Assembly (NCBI GenBank): GCA_977020255.1
Contig: CDROCS010002708.1
Span: forward strand, 248,001-312,000
DNA length: 64,000 nt
From: Obrimoposthia wandeli
Taxonomy: Eukaryota
Reading direction: 5' to 3'
Below the pieces are notes generated by a model, which was given only the letters and a program-made list of their open reading frames with translations, made no database searches and was not told the origin of the DNA. Numbering within the stretch: position 1 is the first letter of the stretch; each line of letters starts with the position of its first letter. Made by a program: the position numbers and the translations under genes. Below are positions 51,300 to 62,133 of this stretch, piece after piece.

Positions 51300-51783
51300 C
51301 TGTATTATAGATGTTACACATTGCCTTGCACGTGTTAAAATATCGCCAAAGATAAATATGCTTTTGCAGTAAAAGCGGACGACCATTGTGAATTGGATCT
51401 TTGTCATTAAACAACATCTCCCTAGTATAAACTCGGGAATACGGTGGCAACATGTCATTATATTTGCGCAAATCAACAGGTGCTTTTCCTAGTGGAATCA
51501 CGTGCAAATCCTCTTCCGAAACATCATCCACATACAGCATTCCAAAATAGTCCGCTAACTTCTGAGCCAATTTTCCTTTTCCCGTTCCTACATTACCTTC
51601 CACTGCGATATGTCTGGAATTTTGATCCATCATACCTTGTATGGGATGCGTATGAATATGGGCAGGCCAGTTATAAAAATCAAACAGGTACTTAGGTTTA
51701 ACTTTGTTAGCTACTTCAGGAGTAAACTTATTTTTAAGTGTTCTTACTATAAGAACGCGAGATACATACACATTCCGAAACAT
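51300..51783 (-). CDS. NDUFA10: NADH dehydrogenase 1 alpha subcomplex subunit 10 (dNK fold), exon 1
   Basis: ATG at 51783, Arg-rich presequence, IAVEGNVGTGKGKLA P-loop, LQKHIYLWRY. Donor GTtgga at 51299. Confidence 0.9.
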
Positions 51784-54700
51784 TTTCTAAAATATTAGAA
51801 AAACATTAAATAAAATGTAAATAAATATGATATAAAAGTATTTTTATAAACCTATGTTTAGAGTCGTATTAATATACAGATACATATTCTTAAAAATAAA
51901 ATATATTCCAAACGATTTCCTATAAGAAGGGGAATCAAGAAAATTCCTTTAAATTTCATACTTTAAGTAGAATGTTTTTTATATAAGCAATCTATATATA
52001 TTAAAATTTAGTTGCTTAACGTTTAATTATATATTATCTTTTGGAAATGATATTAATAGTATTTGCATGTATAATGTCAAAATTTTCTAATTCATTATTT
52101 AATATTTTTAGGAATATCGAGATTTCTTTAGAAGTTTATTTGATTGAAATCTAGTTTCCATAGTATACTTATTGCATTATTTTAGTATTAATATTAATTT
52201 TCACATTTTTGTGGTGTGTTAGCTTATTTTTATGTTACTTTTAAAAATAAAAGTATTGACTTGTTAAGAAAAATGTTAAACATTCGTTCAGCCATATGAA
52301 AAACTTTTATTAACGATTAAACAATATATTTTGGAGTTTGATGATATATCATGGAATATTTACTTCGTAAATTTTCTCAAAATTCTTACATTACATCTAT
52401 CAAAAAAGTCCTAATTGTATAACTATTGTTGAAATAATTAGGTTATAATGTAAATAGAATATAGTATATGAAACTTATATACAGTTGAGACCTCTTGAGT
52501 TTTACAACAATAACTTATAAAATCGGTTTAAAATCAAGGCAATGGATTTTATAGTCAAAAATTGCATTACTAAAACAACTAGTAAGACTGGATTTTTAAA
52601 AAATTCAATAGAATAATTTAAAAATTAATATTATTATTAAAGCAACGAAAAAATAGTTCTAAAAAAATATAAGTTAATAATGATTAGGGCTATCTAACAA
52701 TTATGAAAGTTCGATTAAATTTGTACAACACACAACACAACAATAGTTTTAGGGAATATGACGTTATCCTATATACAACTCCTTAACAAATCACAAAAAT
52801 AACCTTCAGAGACTAGGATAGGTAGTAAGCTGTAAGCCCTATCGCTACAAAACTCACGTTGGGGGCCTCCGTACAAGGATTCTAAGTTTTTAAAAAAATA
52901 ATATTAAACTGGTGTCCAAAATGAGGATATCTCATTGGACATAGCAGATTCAGATATAATATATAGATAAGTTGTTGAATAAGTAAGAAGAATAAAAGAA
53001 AAGTGAATTGAGAAAAAAGAATTAATTGAGAATAAGTTACATTGAGAAAAAGGATAACTGAGAATAAGTATAATAAGAATACAAGATAAATTGAGAATAA
53101 ATAAGCGAATAAAGGATTTATAGAGATATAATAAGTGAATTGAATAAGAAAATTGAATAGAGAATAACGGATAATTAAGTGAAATAATAAGTGAATATGT
53201 AAATTGATATAAGAGTTTGATATAAACGAAGAAATGCAGTATAGCGATGAACCGTATTATCTAACATATTATCAAACTGAGAATCAATACTTCCGAAAAG
53301 GACGAGGAAAACATAGAAAAGATTTTAGAATTGAAATTGTATAATTATTAAAATAAAATTAACTATAAATAGAGGACATAAAACCTTGAAATAAGGTTAA
53401 ATAGGAATGAATAAATTAATTTTTTTTTAAGTTAATGTAAAATTGAAATTGGTAAGATCGGAATAAGTTATGGACTTTGAGAGGTCGTGTGTAAGTATAT
53501 AAAAGAATTTAAATTATTAAGAAGGGCCCAAAAAAGATATAATTTGAAGAAGTATTCGCAACTGGTAAAAATCAATTAAGGATAGCAAAAGTGATTTAAT
53601 TTCTTGAGAACGATACAGCAGCAACCGTCTAGAGAACTAAAATGTAAAATTAATAGAAAAATTCCATTTACTAATTACTTACCAGGACTGCGAGCGAAGT
53701 GATTTAACTTCTTGAGAACGGGACAGCAGGCAACCGTTTAGAAAACTGAAGGTAGAATTAATTTAAAAATTCCATTTACTAATTAATTACCAGAACGGCG
53801 AGCGAAATTGATTCATTCTTAGGAATTTTGCATCAATTGAAAAACAAGTTATAAAAGCATCTGCGAGCAAAATTGATTCATTCTCAGGAATTTTGCATCA
53901 ATCGAAAACAAGTTATAACAGCATACATAACAGGAGAGTATAAAAAGAGAAAACAAAAAGCTCAAGAAAAAGATCTTAAAATCGTTGGAGGAACTACCCA
54001 GGCCAAAATTAGAAGATTGATCAGTGTTTGAATTGACCGACGTAAGACACGAAAACGACGTTAGAGGATTCAAGATAATTACTGATTATCCAGGAAGATT
54101 GGTCAGACCGAACAAGCGGGGACCACCAGACACCAGATACCATACACACACACCAGATATCTAACTAAGCGGATCTTTTGAGGACGGAAGCTTGTGACGA
54201 AGGAAACAACCGGACTACGAGTATCAATAACCGCAGATAAATCTAGGTAAGTAAATTAGAAACATTGAAAAAGAAAGCTACATACTTTGTGAGTTTAAAG
54301 TAAAAGAATGTTACATGCTTTGTCAGTTTAAAGTAAAAGAAAGTTATATACTTTATCAGATTAAAGTAAAAGAAATAAACATATTTTATCAATTGGAACT
54401 AGCAAACATTGAAAAAAATGTAAATTTATCCTAAAATAATTGGGGGTTTGACGAGTCAAAGTTAAATAGGAAACTAACAACTAGACAAGCACGTAAAATC
54501 CGATCTCTAACTTACTAGACAGAAAATTAAAATCGATACGTAAAGGGCATCCTCATTTGTGTGAAATTGAATAAAGTGTCATAGGATTAGTTGTCTGTAA
54601 TTTTTAGAAATATAGTTTAGTGTGAAATAAAGAATATATTTTTCCTACAAACAAGTAACGTTACCTTGAATTAACCCACCATAAATCAGAACGATATCAA

Positions 54701-55025
54701 CCCCATTGTACACCACACTACAACAAGGAAACATTGTAATACCTTGTGCACACGACTTTGTACACAATCCACCATACACTAGCACAAAAAACCTCCAGAC
54801 TTGAGACTAAATTAAGTAGGATAAAACCTAAATAGGCCACATACATCTCAGGGCCCTATTGCTACAAAACTCACGTTGGGGGCCTCCATAAGAGGATCTA
54901 TCTGAATCAAAGTATTTCAAATAGAAACCCCAACATTATTGCACAACTACCTGCATTTCCTCACAGTGCGCTTTACTTAAAAGAGCACACAGAACGAGGA
55001 CATCAGATTTGGTGTTTAATACATT

Positions 55026-55682
55026 TTGAATTATTATACAGACTTAACATGGAGTCCACTTAACACGCAACAAGAATCAAGCAATCTGAGTATAGAAGAA
55101 CTCGTGAAGCTGATTCCACAACCAAAGGAATATACAGAATCAGAAGAAGTTGAAGAGTTCCTGCCGAAGATTAGGTCATATTTTGAAATGATATCACTGG
55201 ATATCAGCCAAAGAAATATTCTGATTACAGCATTTATGACCGGGAAATGTCATGAAAAATATGACAAAACAGATGGCAAGAAGAATTATGAAGATAGGCT
55301 TAAAGAAGCATTTGACAAAAAGCTGGATTTAGTAGCATACCTATTCAATGCTTTGAAATACAAGACAGGTTATGATTCCGTCGACACCTTTATTCTGCGT
55401 ATCGAAAAGAATGTGGAAAATGTAATGCAACACAAGATTACGGCCTCCAAATTAACAGAATTCTTGCTAAAATTCTGTATCGATGATGAGTCAATGTCAG
55501 AAGAAATGAACCGAATCGAACTCACTGGTGGCATTTTGAAGATGAAAGCAAAGCCAAGCAACGAAGAAATGGAGACAGAACAAAAAGGACCTACTCCAAC
55601 AAAATTTACCAAGGATATGATGAAGAAATTAGAAGAAAAAATAAGAAGTCAAAAATTGAAAAGCCGATATTTCTTTAAATAA
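55026..55682 (+). pseudogene. Gag-like ORF of the Gypsy remnant
   Basis: 218-codon open frame, charged and helical, directly upstream of protease and RT pieces. The call rests on position rather than on a recognised motif. Confidence 0.55.
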
Positions 55683-56399
55683 TCGAACTTATACTGGAAT
55701 TGTGGCAAATTGAAGACCTGTTTATCAAAATCCAATGAACATGAAGAAAATTCGAGGAACAGCTCAGATAAGGTTTGAAAAGACAAAGAGAAACGAAAAC
55801 TATAAGTGACGACAATGTTATTGCTGCAGTGAGGTTGGACATATAAGACGAGAATGTCCTCACAATCATTGTTCATTCTGCTGACGAAATGGACATGCCA
55901 TCAACCAATACTACCGGAAACTTGATCAAGGTAATAAAGGATACGCAAAAATATGGCTATCAGCGAGATCAGCCACTACCAAATGGAAGTTTAGGACAAG
56001 AGCGAAGATACCAGCGAGATTATGTTCCAGTCCATCAGCTAAAAAATCAGCAGAGATACCGAGGATCTGACCAGAACAAGAAGCCAGTTGCTGTCATGGA
56101 TGACGACTACATGACTGTGGATAAACAGAATCACAGCCAGGCAAAATACAAGTTGGCTCCATCAAACAAGGAAATTATCGGAGCTCTGAATCTAATGTAA
56201 GTAGTTATGTAAATAATTTGAAGACAATTAAGTATGACTGTAATAAAGAATTTATGGATTGTGAGTTTGATTTAAATAGTTTAAATATTAATGTTTTATG
56301 TGATACTGAGAATGGTGAAAATATTAAAATAAATAATGATGAGGTAGATTTTATTGAAAATGATTTAGTTAATGATGTTTTTTTAATTAACAAAAAATA

Positions 56400-56760
56400 T
56401 GATTTAAGTTTTTTAACTGTTGGTTATGATAATAGCGATGGTAGAACGTTCATTAACATTGAGTTGAATAATATAAAAATAAGTTGTTTATTAGATACTG
56501 GTGCTACAGTAAGTGTAATAAGTAAAGATGTTTTAGATATAACTAATTGTAATATGAATAAGATTATGAATTAAAATAACGTTTCATGTGCTAATGGAAG
56601 TAGATTAGAAATATTACGTACATTAAGTATAGCAATAAAACACAAAAATAAAAACATATTTGGATTTTTCTATGTTGCAAAAGAAATTAAATCGTGCATA
56701 ATTTTAGGAATCGATATTTTGGAAAAGTTGAATTTTAAATTAGCCGACTTTGATCGTTTG
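56400..56760 (+). pseudogene. Retroviral-type aspartic protease remnant
   Basis: TFINIELNNIKISCLLDTGATVSVISK (DTG active site) followed by ILGIDIL. Confidence 0.85.
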
Positions 56761-56879
56761 AGTTGATGAAAGATTATTAAATGAAGTAAATAATTTAGAA
56801 AATAAATTTTGTTTGTCAGTAAGTCAAGATGATCGTTGGAAAACATTTTTGAAAACGTGTACCGAAAATATGAAGGAAG

Positions 56880-57233
56880 TCGTACCAATTTGTAAAGAAT
56901 TTAGAAATATATTTATGAAAGATAAATGGGACATATGAAAACCGGATGTACTAAAACATAGAATATTGACTGAATGTACTCCAATAAATATCAAACCTCG
57001 TCGACAACCAATGCATTATGAAACGAAGATACTGAAAATCTTGAAGAAAATGGAATAATATCTAAATGTGAATCACCGTTTCAAAAATTAATGACAATTA
57101 TCTTAAAAGATATGATTTGGACTGAAGCTTTAGTATATTTAGATGATATTTTAATATTTTCTAATTCTATAGAAGAACATAAAATAAGATTGCGAAAATT
57201 ATTTGGACGGATAGCAGAGTCAAGACTTAAGAA
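56880..57233 (+). pseudogene. Reverse transcriptase remnant (internally deleted)
   Basis: HRILTECTPINIKPRRQP and EALVYLDDILIFSNSIEEHKIRLRKLFGRI (YLDD). Confidence 0.88.
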
Positions 57234-57673
57234 AGGGCGTACGTTCAACGGTTACTCGTGCGGGACTTGTTATTGTTTGACTCAATGGATTAATATTTTC
57301 TCTGATTGTTTCTATTATAATTCATATTAGCAAATAGATTACTAACAAAACCTATATGTGTAATAGCTCTATTTTATTATTTTTATTATTCATTTTCCAT
57401 AAAATCATTATCAAAATATTGTTTATACTGCTTTGTTCTCAGAGACAAAGACGTCACATGGGAACCATGTGGACACTTAAACACATGTATTAAATGTTCA
57501 GAACGTATTATTTCATTTCCATATTGCAAGACATTTATTATTAGAAGAGTAAGAAATATCAGATTTCACGAGATAAAAAATTAACCAAAGAGATCACATG
57601 CGATCTAAAAATAGATTTTCAAATAGTATAAATAGAACAAACCTGTTTATAATAATCAGAAATATTACTTCAC

Positions 57674-58099
57674 AATATCAAATTAGTGAATATTAATTAT
57701 AAGAGATTGGTTGTAAGTGCCATTCAACACTAACCATTTCGGACTTCGAAGCCTCATCAGTATCGACTCAAGTGTGAAGGTTACACAATTATAATTTCCA
57801 AATCTGGTAACTTATTTTACATTTAAATATTAATATAATTTAGGAACATGCAGAATAATGGGTTGTAAAATCGTGCTGGATGAAACTACTCTTCCTTTTG
57901 ATATTAAAATCGAAAGAATCCAATCAATCAGTATCAATACTAATGTAGAAAACCAGTAAATCTAAGCAAGCTGAGCAAAATTATGGGATCAGATGCGTTT
58001 TACGATCCAGAAATCTTCCCAGGAGTTCGATACGTCAAGTACAATCCACTATGTGTGAACATTTTTGCAAGCGGGAATACTTGGATACTTGGTGTATAA
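57674..58099 (+). pseudogene. Divergent TATA-binding-protein-like gene with a 37-nt intron
   Basis: Spliced translation ..YRLKCEGYTIIISKSG|TCRIMGCK...IQSISINTNVEKPVNLSKL..AFYDPEIFPGVRYVKYNPLCVNIFASGNTWILGV-stop. Repeat 2 aligns by eye to TBP IQNIVGSCDVKFPIRLEGL..YEPELFPGLIYR..P..LLIFVSGK. Intron 57807-57843, stop at 57731, frameshift near 57952. Confidence 0.8.
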
Positions 58100-58379
58100 A
58101 CTTTAAGTTATGAATATCTGATTTTATGTATTTTGTTTAATATACATATTCACACTTGTGTTATTTATTTCCTTAACAAAGACAAAAAGTTAGAAAAAAT
58201 TGCAAATAGTTGCAAAAAGTTGCAATTTTACTAAAAATAGATTTATTTGTGTTATTTCCTAAACAAAGACATCACATGACATTACTTGAAAATAGTTGCA
58301 AAAAGTTGCAAAACGTTGCAATGTTACTAAATAAGATTTATTTTTGTTTTCTGGGTTATGGACAATATTTTATCACAAA

Positions 58380-58629
58380 ATGGATGAAGTTATTGATTGT
58401 AAAGAGATGCAGGTTGCATTACAAGATCTTGTATCAGTTATTCTCGGGACTTTAATTCGGAAAAAATATAATGAGTAATATTTATTACTATTTTATTTAA
58501 ATTTTTAGGTTACGTCATCAACTACATTTAAATGAGATGTTAAGTACAAAGGAAAAGTTGAATAATACTTCAATCAAATCTTGTGGTTATGATGAAACTG
58601 ATGCTCCAATGAAATTAAACCTCGATTAG
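58380..58629 (+). CDS. Small two-exon ORF (71 aa) with a 34-nt intron, unknown function
   Basis: ATG at 58380, GTaata...tttttAG intron 58475-58508 joins MDEVIDCKEMQVALQDLVSVILGTLIRKKYNE to LRHQLHLNEMLSTKEKL...LNLD-stop without frame disruption. Confidence 0.5.
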
Positions 58630-58983
58630 TATATAAGAGTAAAACCGTCAACTCTGAATTGAAAAATGGAGAAAATCACATCACTGGCAGCAGCAATATC
58701 ATCAACAGCAGCAACATTACCAACAGCAGCAACATTACTACCAACAACAACAGCGATGAGAAGAGAAAAAACTATTGATGAAGTCAAAATAGAAGAAGTT
58801 ATTATAGAGAAGACAATTATTGAAGAAGATAATAAACGATTAGATTTTCTTTAAATGCTTTGGCTTTTATGGAACCCACAATAGCTCATGCTTCTAGTAG
58901 GGAGATGAACCACATGACCCATCTTTTTGATACATTGTTCAATGATAGATTTACTCAACTTAATGTAGAAAAATTCAACAAAA

Positions 58984-59399
58984 ATGAGTGAAATTTCAGT
59001 AAATCAATTATATATTGGTAATTATCGAGATGCTTTTGATGAAACTATACTTTTGAAATCCGAATTCACTCATGTAATCAAAACATCTATAGTGGATAAG
59101 ATATCTTATAAGAAATTAAAGTATACTTATGTTTTTGTAAACTCAAAATTAAGAGAAATAATAATTACATATTATAAACAGACTAATAATATATTTAAAG
59201 AAACTATCAAAACTGGTGGTAAGATTTTAGTGTGTGATCATTATGGTAGTTTACATGATGCTTGCATTGTTATTGCATTTTATCTCCTTCAATGGGTGTT
59301 AGAGCTGCTTTCAATATTTTTAAATCTAAACGGAGTATTGCTGCTCTTAATGAAGTTATGCTTAATCAAATACGTATTTTTAATCGTTATGATATATAA
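58984..59399 (+). pseudogene. Atypical dual-specificity phosphatase-fold gene, catalytic motif degenerate, one frameshift
   Basis: LYIGNYRDAFD...THVI, GGKILVCDHYGSLHDACIVIAFYL in place of VLVHCxxGxSRS, then shifted MGVRAAFNIFKSKRSIAALNEVMLNQI (DSP C-terminal helix). Confidence 0.75.
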
Positions 59400-59843
59400 A
59401 TTTTATTCGTCTTTATTAGTCAGTGTCTTTGTTAATCAGTAGCCAATCAGATTTTACTTGTATAGTATATAAGCAGATTACGTTTTACTCTTTCTTTATT
59501 ATTAGTATGTCTACTCCCAATTATTTCAAGCAAGATGCTGGCAAGGCAGTGAAGAGCTACATCTCAAAAAATGTTATAGAAGATGTCCTGAAACTCATTG
59601 ATGCATCAGATCTACCCTGGAGGAGCTTGTGAGAAGAATGGTTCACAACAAGGCATTCGATCGTCTCATTCTGGGGTACAATCAGAAGAAAGAAGATTAT
59701 GTACAGAAAGAAGAGTACGCGAAGAAAAAAAGCTTTTTCTGGGAGAAGAGTTTTTTACTGTTTGTTGTTGGATGTATTCTAATAAAATATTTTAAATAGC
59801 TTAGTCTTATAAACATTATCTCAACAATCTAATATTTTTCAAT

Positions 59844-60476
59844 ATGAACTTTAAAAATAATTCAGATTTTCAGATTGTAGGTCTTATTGGTAGTGGGAAA
59901 AAATGCTGCAAAATAATAAATACTTTATTTTTAAGTTTAATAAGATATATTTGCATCAGGGAGGAGATGGAGAAGCAGGTTTAACCAGTAAAGAGTTTAA
60001 GAAAATCAAAAATATAAAAGTCATTAATGGATTTGATGATAATTGGTCTGAGCGATTACAGCGACATGATGTCATTGTTATTGATGATTTGTATCAAGAA
60101 ACAAATAAAGAGAATGATTTTTAAAATTTATTCACTAAAATAGCACGAAATCGTGAAGTAACTGTTTTTTCATCACGCAAAATCTATTTAATCAGGGTGA
60201 GAATCATAGAACTCGTAATTTAAATGTTCATTACCTTGTTCTTTTCAAAAATACACGTTATCAGACGGTTGTTGATTTTGTTTCAAGACAAGCTTACCCA
60301 AATAATATAATTTTTTTAATTGATTCATTTCATGATGCAATTACTATTCTTCATGAATACAATTTTATTGATTTACTCAAGATTGTCCCGATGACTTAAG
60401 AGTTAGAACTGATATATTCAATCCATCAGGAATTACTATCTATAAACAATCAAAGAAACTAGTTTCTCGAAGTTGA
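59844..60476 (+). pseudogene. A32/FtsK-like genome-packaging ATPase
   Basis: Walker A GLIGSGK, Walker B VIVIDD, ARNR...FITQNLF..RNLNVHYLVLFKN, SRQAYP. Several frameshifts and stops. Confidence 0.9.
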
Positions 60477-60543
60477 ATTTTAAAAAGGAAACTATTAAAC
60501 CTGATGTTAAAAATTGATTAAATCGATTTTAAGTGCAAGGAAA

Positions 60544-60770
60544 ATGGTCGCTCAAAAATCAAATAAGAAAAGTCTTGTTAGTAAGAAATCTAGGAGTAAC
60601 GCCTATTTCAGTTCTCTTATGCGTGCTCCTGCTATTCGCCGCCCAACTATTCTTAAATCATTTCCTACTTTAGTAATAGATGATTTACGTAATATGGTAC
60701 AGAAAATAGTTTCTGGTAAAGTAACTGTTAAGGCTAAAATGAACCCTATCTTATTGAAAGGATCAGATTT
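60544..60770 (+). pseudogene. Small basic Maverick virion protein (pX/core-like), truncated
   Basis: Lys/Arg-rich N-terminus, then LMRAPAIRRPTILKS..LVIDDLRNMVQKIVSGKV, similar to the conserved ORF that follows the ATPase in Mavericks. Confidence 0.5.
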
Positions 60771-60789
60771 CTGGAGATATGCAACTTCC

Positions 60790-61228
60790 AAACTTTGTTT
60801 TAATTGCTTTCCATAACATTTCTACCAATAGAGGTGAATCTAAAATTAAGGTTTCTCAATTTAGACATATGAATGTGAGTTCAATCAAACTTTCACGAAA
60901 TATCGATTATCAAGAAACGTATTCAAATGACTTTGAAAATAATAATTATGTGTTTTCTTAGATGCAATTTTTAATTAGAAATCTTGGTCATTTGGATAAG
61001 AATGCTAATGTTAGTATTTCAATGACTGATTTTAAGGATAAGTATACACTGTTCACATTTGTTGTTACTCCGGATTTTGATATTAATCAAGCTTAAATTC
61101 CAAAACAGGGGAATTTGAAAGTAGAAATCAAGTTTACAAAAGCACTTGAACATTTTACTAATATCATTATCTATGGAGTATTTGATTCTGAGGTTCAAAT
61201 TACCAAGGGAGGAACAGTACTAGTATAA
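60790..61228 (+). pseudogene. Major capsid protein C-terminal part
   Basis: FRHMNVSSI...ISMTDFKDKYTLFTFVVTPD...GNLKVEIKFTKAL...IIYGVFDSEVQI-stop (YTLFAFDLTPD...GNLRLE motif). Confidence 0.88.
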
Positions 61229-61299
61229 ACAGAATGAAAACAACAAGAATATATAAATGAAGTAAGTCAGCTTGAATTAATCAATTAATATATAAATTA

Positions 61300-61628
61300 G
61301 TTCGATCGAGATAATAAAAAGCGGAAGAAAACTACTCAGTTCGCGTTTCAATGGAGTCTACTGTCTCAATCGTATCCCCTCATTGACTCGTCTAGGTGGA
61401 TATGTAATCAATACACATTCATCTAATTTGCGTAGTGAACATTGGATTGCAATTAATGTTTAAAAAAAGAAATATTTGTTTTTGACTCCTATGATATTAC
61501 CCTTCTAAATTAATTTCTACAGTACTTGGCTCTGGAAAGAAAGTACATTTTAGTAAGAAACATTATCAAAATGTTTTAACACAGTCATGTGGACAACTTT
61601 GTATATTATGGTTAAATCATAAACAATA
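61300..61628 (+). pseudogene. Adenain-like maturation protease
   Basis: FNGVY...YVINTHSSNLRSEHWIAI...YQNVLTQSCGQLCILWL. Confidence 0.88.
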
Positions 61629-61654
61629 GATATAAATCTATTTGTATAAAAAAG

Positions 61655-62054
61655 TATGTTTATTTTATTGATTTTGAAGCTATCATTGCATCAAATAATG
61701 AATTTATTATGAAGGAATTATGTATAATTAATGTGGATTACAATTTTTCCCAATCATTATGTTTTTAAAATGCAACCTATATGAAATATGATGATTAGAA
61801 AATCAAGAAAAATAAATAGATATCTTATTAAGCATTACCATCGACTAAAACTAGTTGATGGGAATAGTTATTTCAAGATAAAAGAAATAACTGAAGAAAT
61901 AAAACATTGTTGTGATGTATTCAAATCAATTTTCTTTGTTTTGGATGAATATAATGGAGCTAAAATAAAGACAATAAATACATTTTCCCCTGGATTTAGA
62001 GTTATAAATTACTCTAAAAAGTTTAAACAACTTTTTTACTGTAAGGTTAAGTAA
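61655..62054 (+). pseudogene. DEDD/DnaQ-like exonuclease-fold ORF often seen in Mavericks
   Basis: LFIDFEA....FIMKELCII and NRYLIKHYHRL...G resemble the IDxE..F..KEL / N.YL...YH.L.W..G pattern. Confidence 0.55.
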
Positions 62055-62133
62055 AATTGCCTTAAGCAGTAGCAATGATAAACGCAAGTGGATTGTTAAA
62101 AATCGATCAATTGCCTATGGACACCTTATTTAA
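62053..62133 (+). pseudogene. pPolB C-terminal tail
   Basis: KIALSSSNDKRKWIVKNRSIAYGHLI-stop. Confidence 0.75.

Larger units (their letters stand above)
52730..57233 (+). mobile_element. Ty3/Gypsy LTR retrotransposon remnant (leader, gag-like, protease, RT pieces)
   Basis: Gag-like ORF 55026-55682, protease and YLDD RT fragments. Duplicated LTR-end/PBS-like motif at 52836 and 54853. Truncated after RT. Confidence 0.75.
57600..62133 (+). mobile_element. Decayed Polinton/adintovirus gene cluster (virion module plus adjacent cargo)
   Basis: Co-oriented TBP-like, small spliced ORF, DSP-like, A32/FtsK ATPase, basic protein, MCP C-terminus, adenain, DEDD-like and pPolB tail. No TIRs found. Confidence 0.85.

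Noticed and set aside
51166-51783. 205-aa ORF as an intronless NDUFA10 retrocopy, or as a viral deoxynucleoside kinase
   Set aside because: It contains a 42-nt in-frame intron, and five further phase-consistent exons complete a normal NDUFA10.
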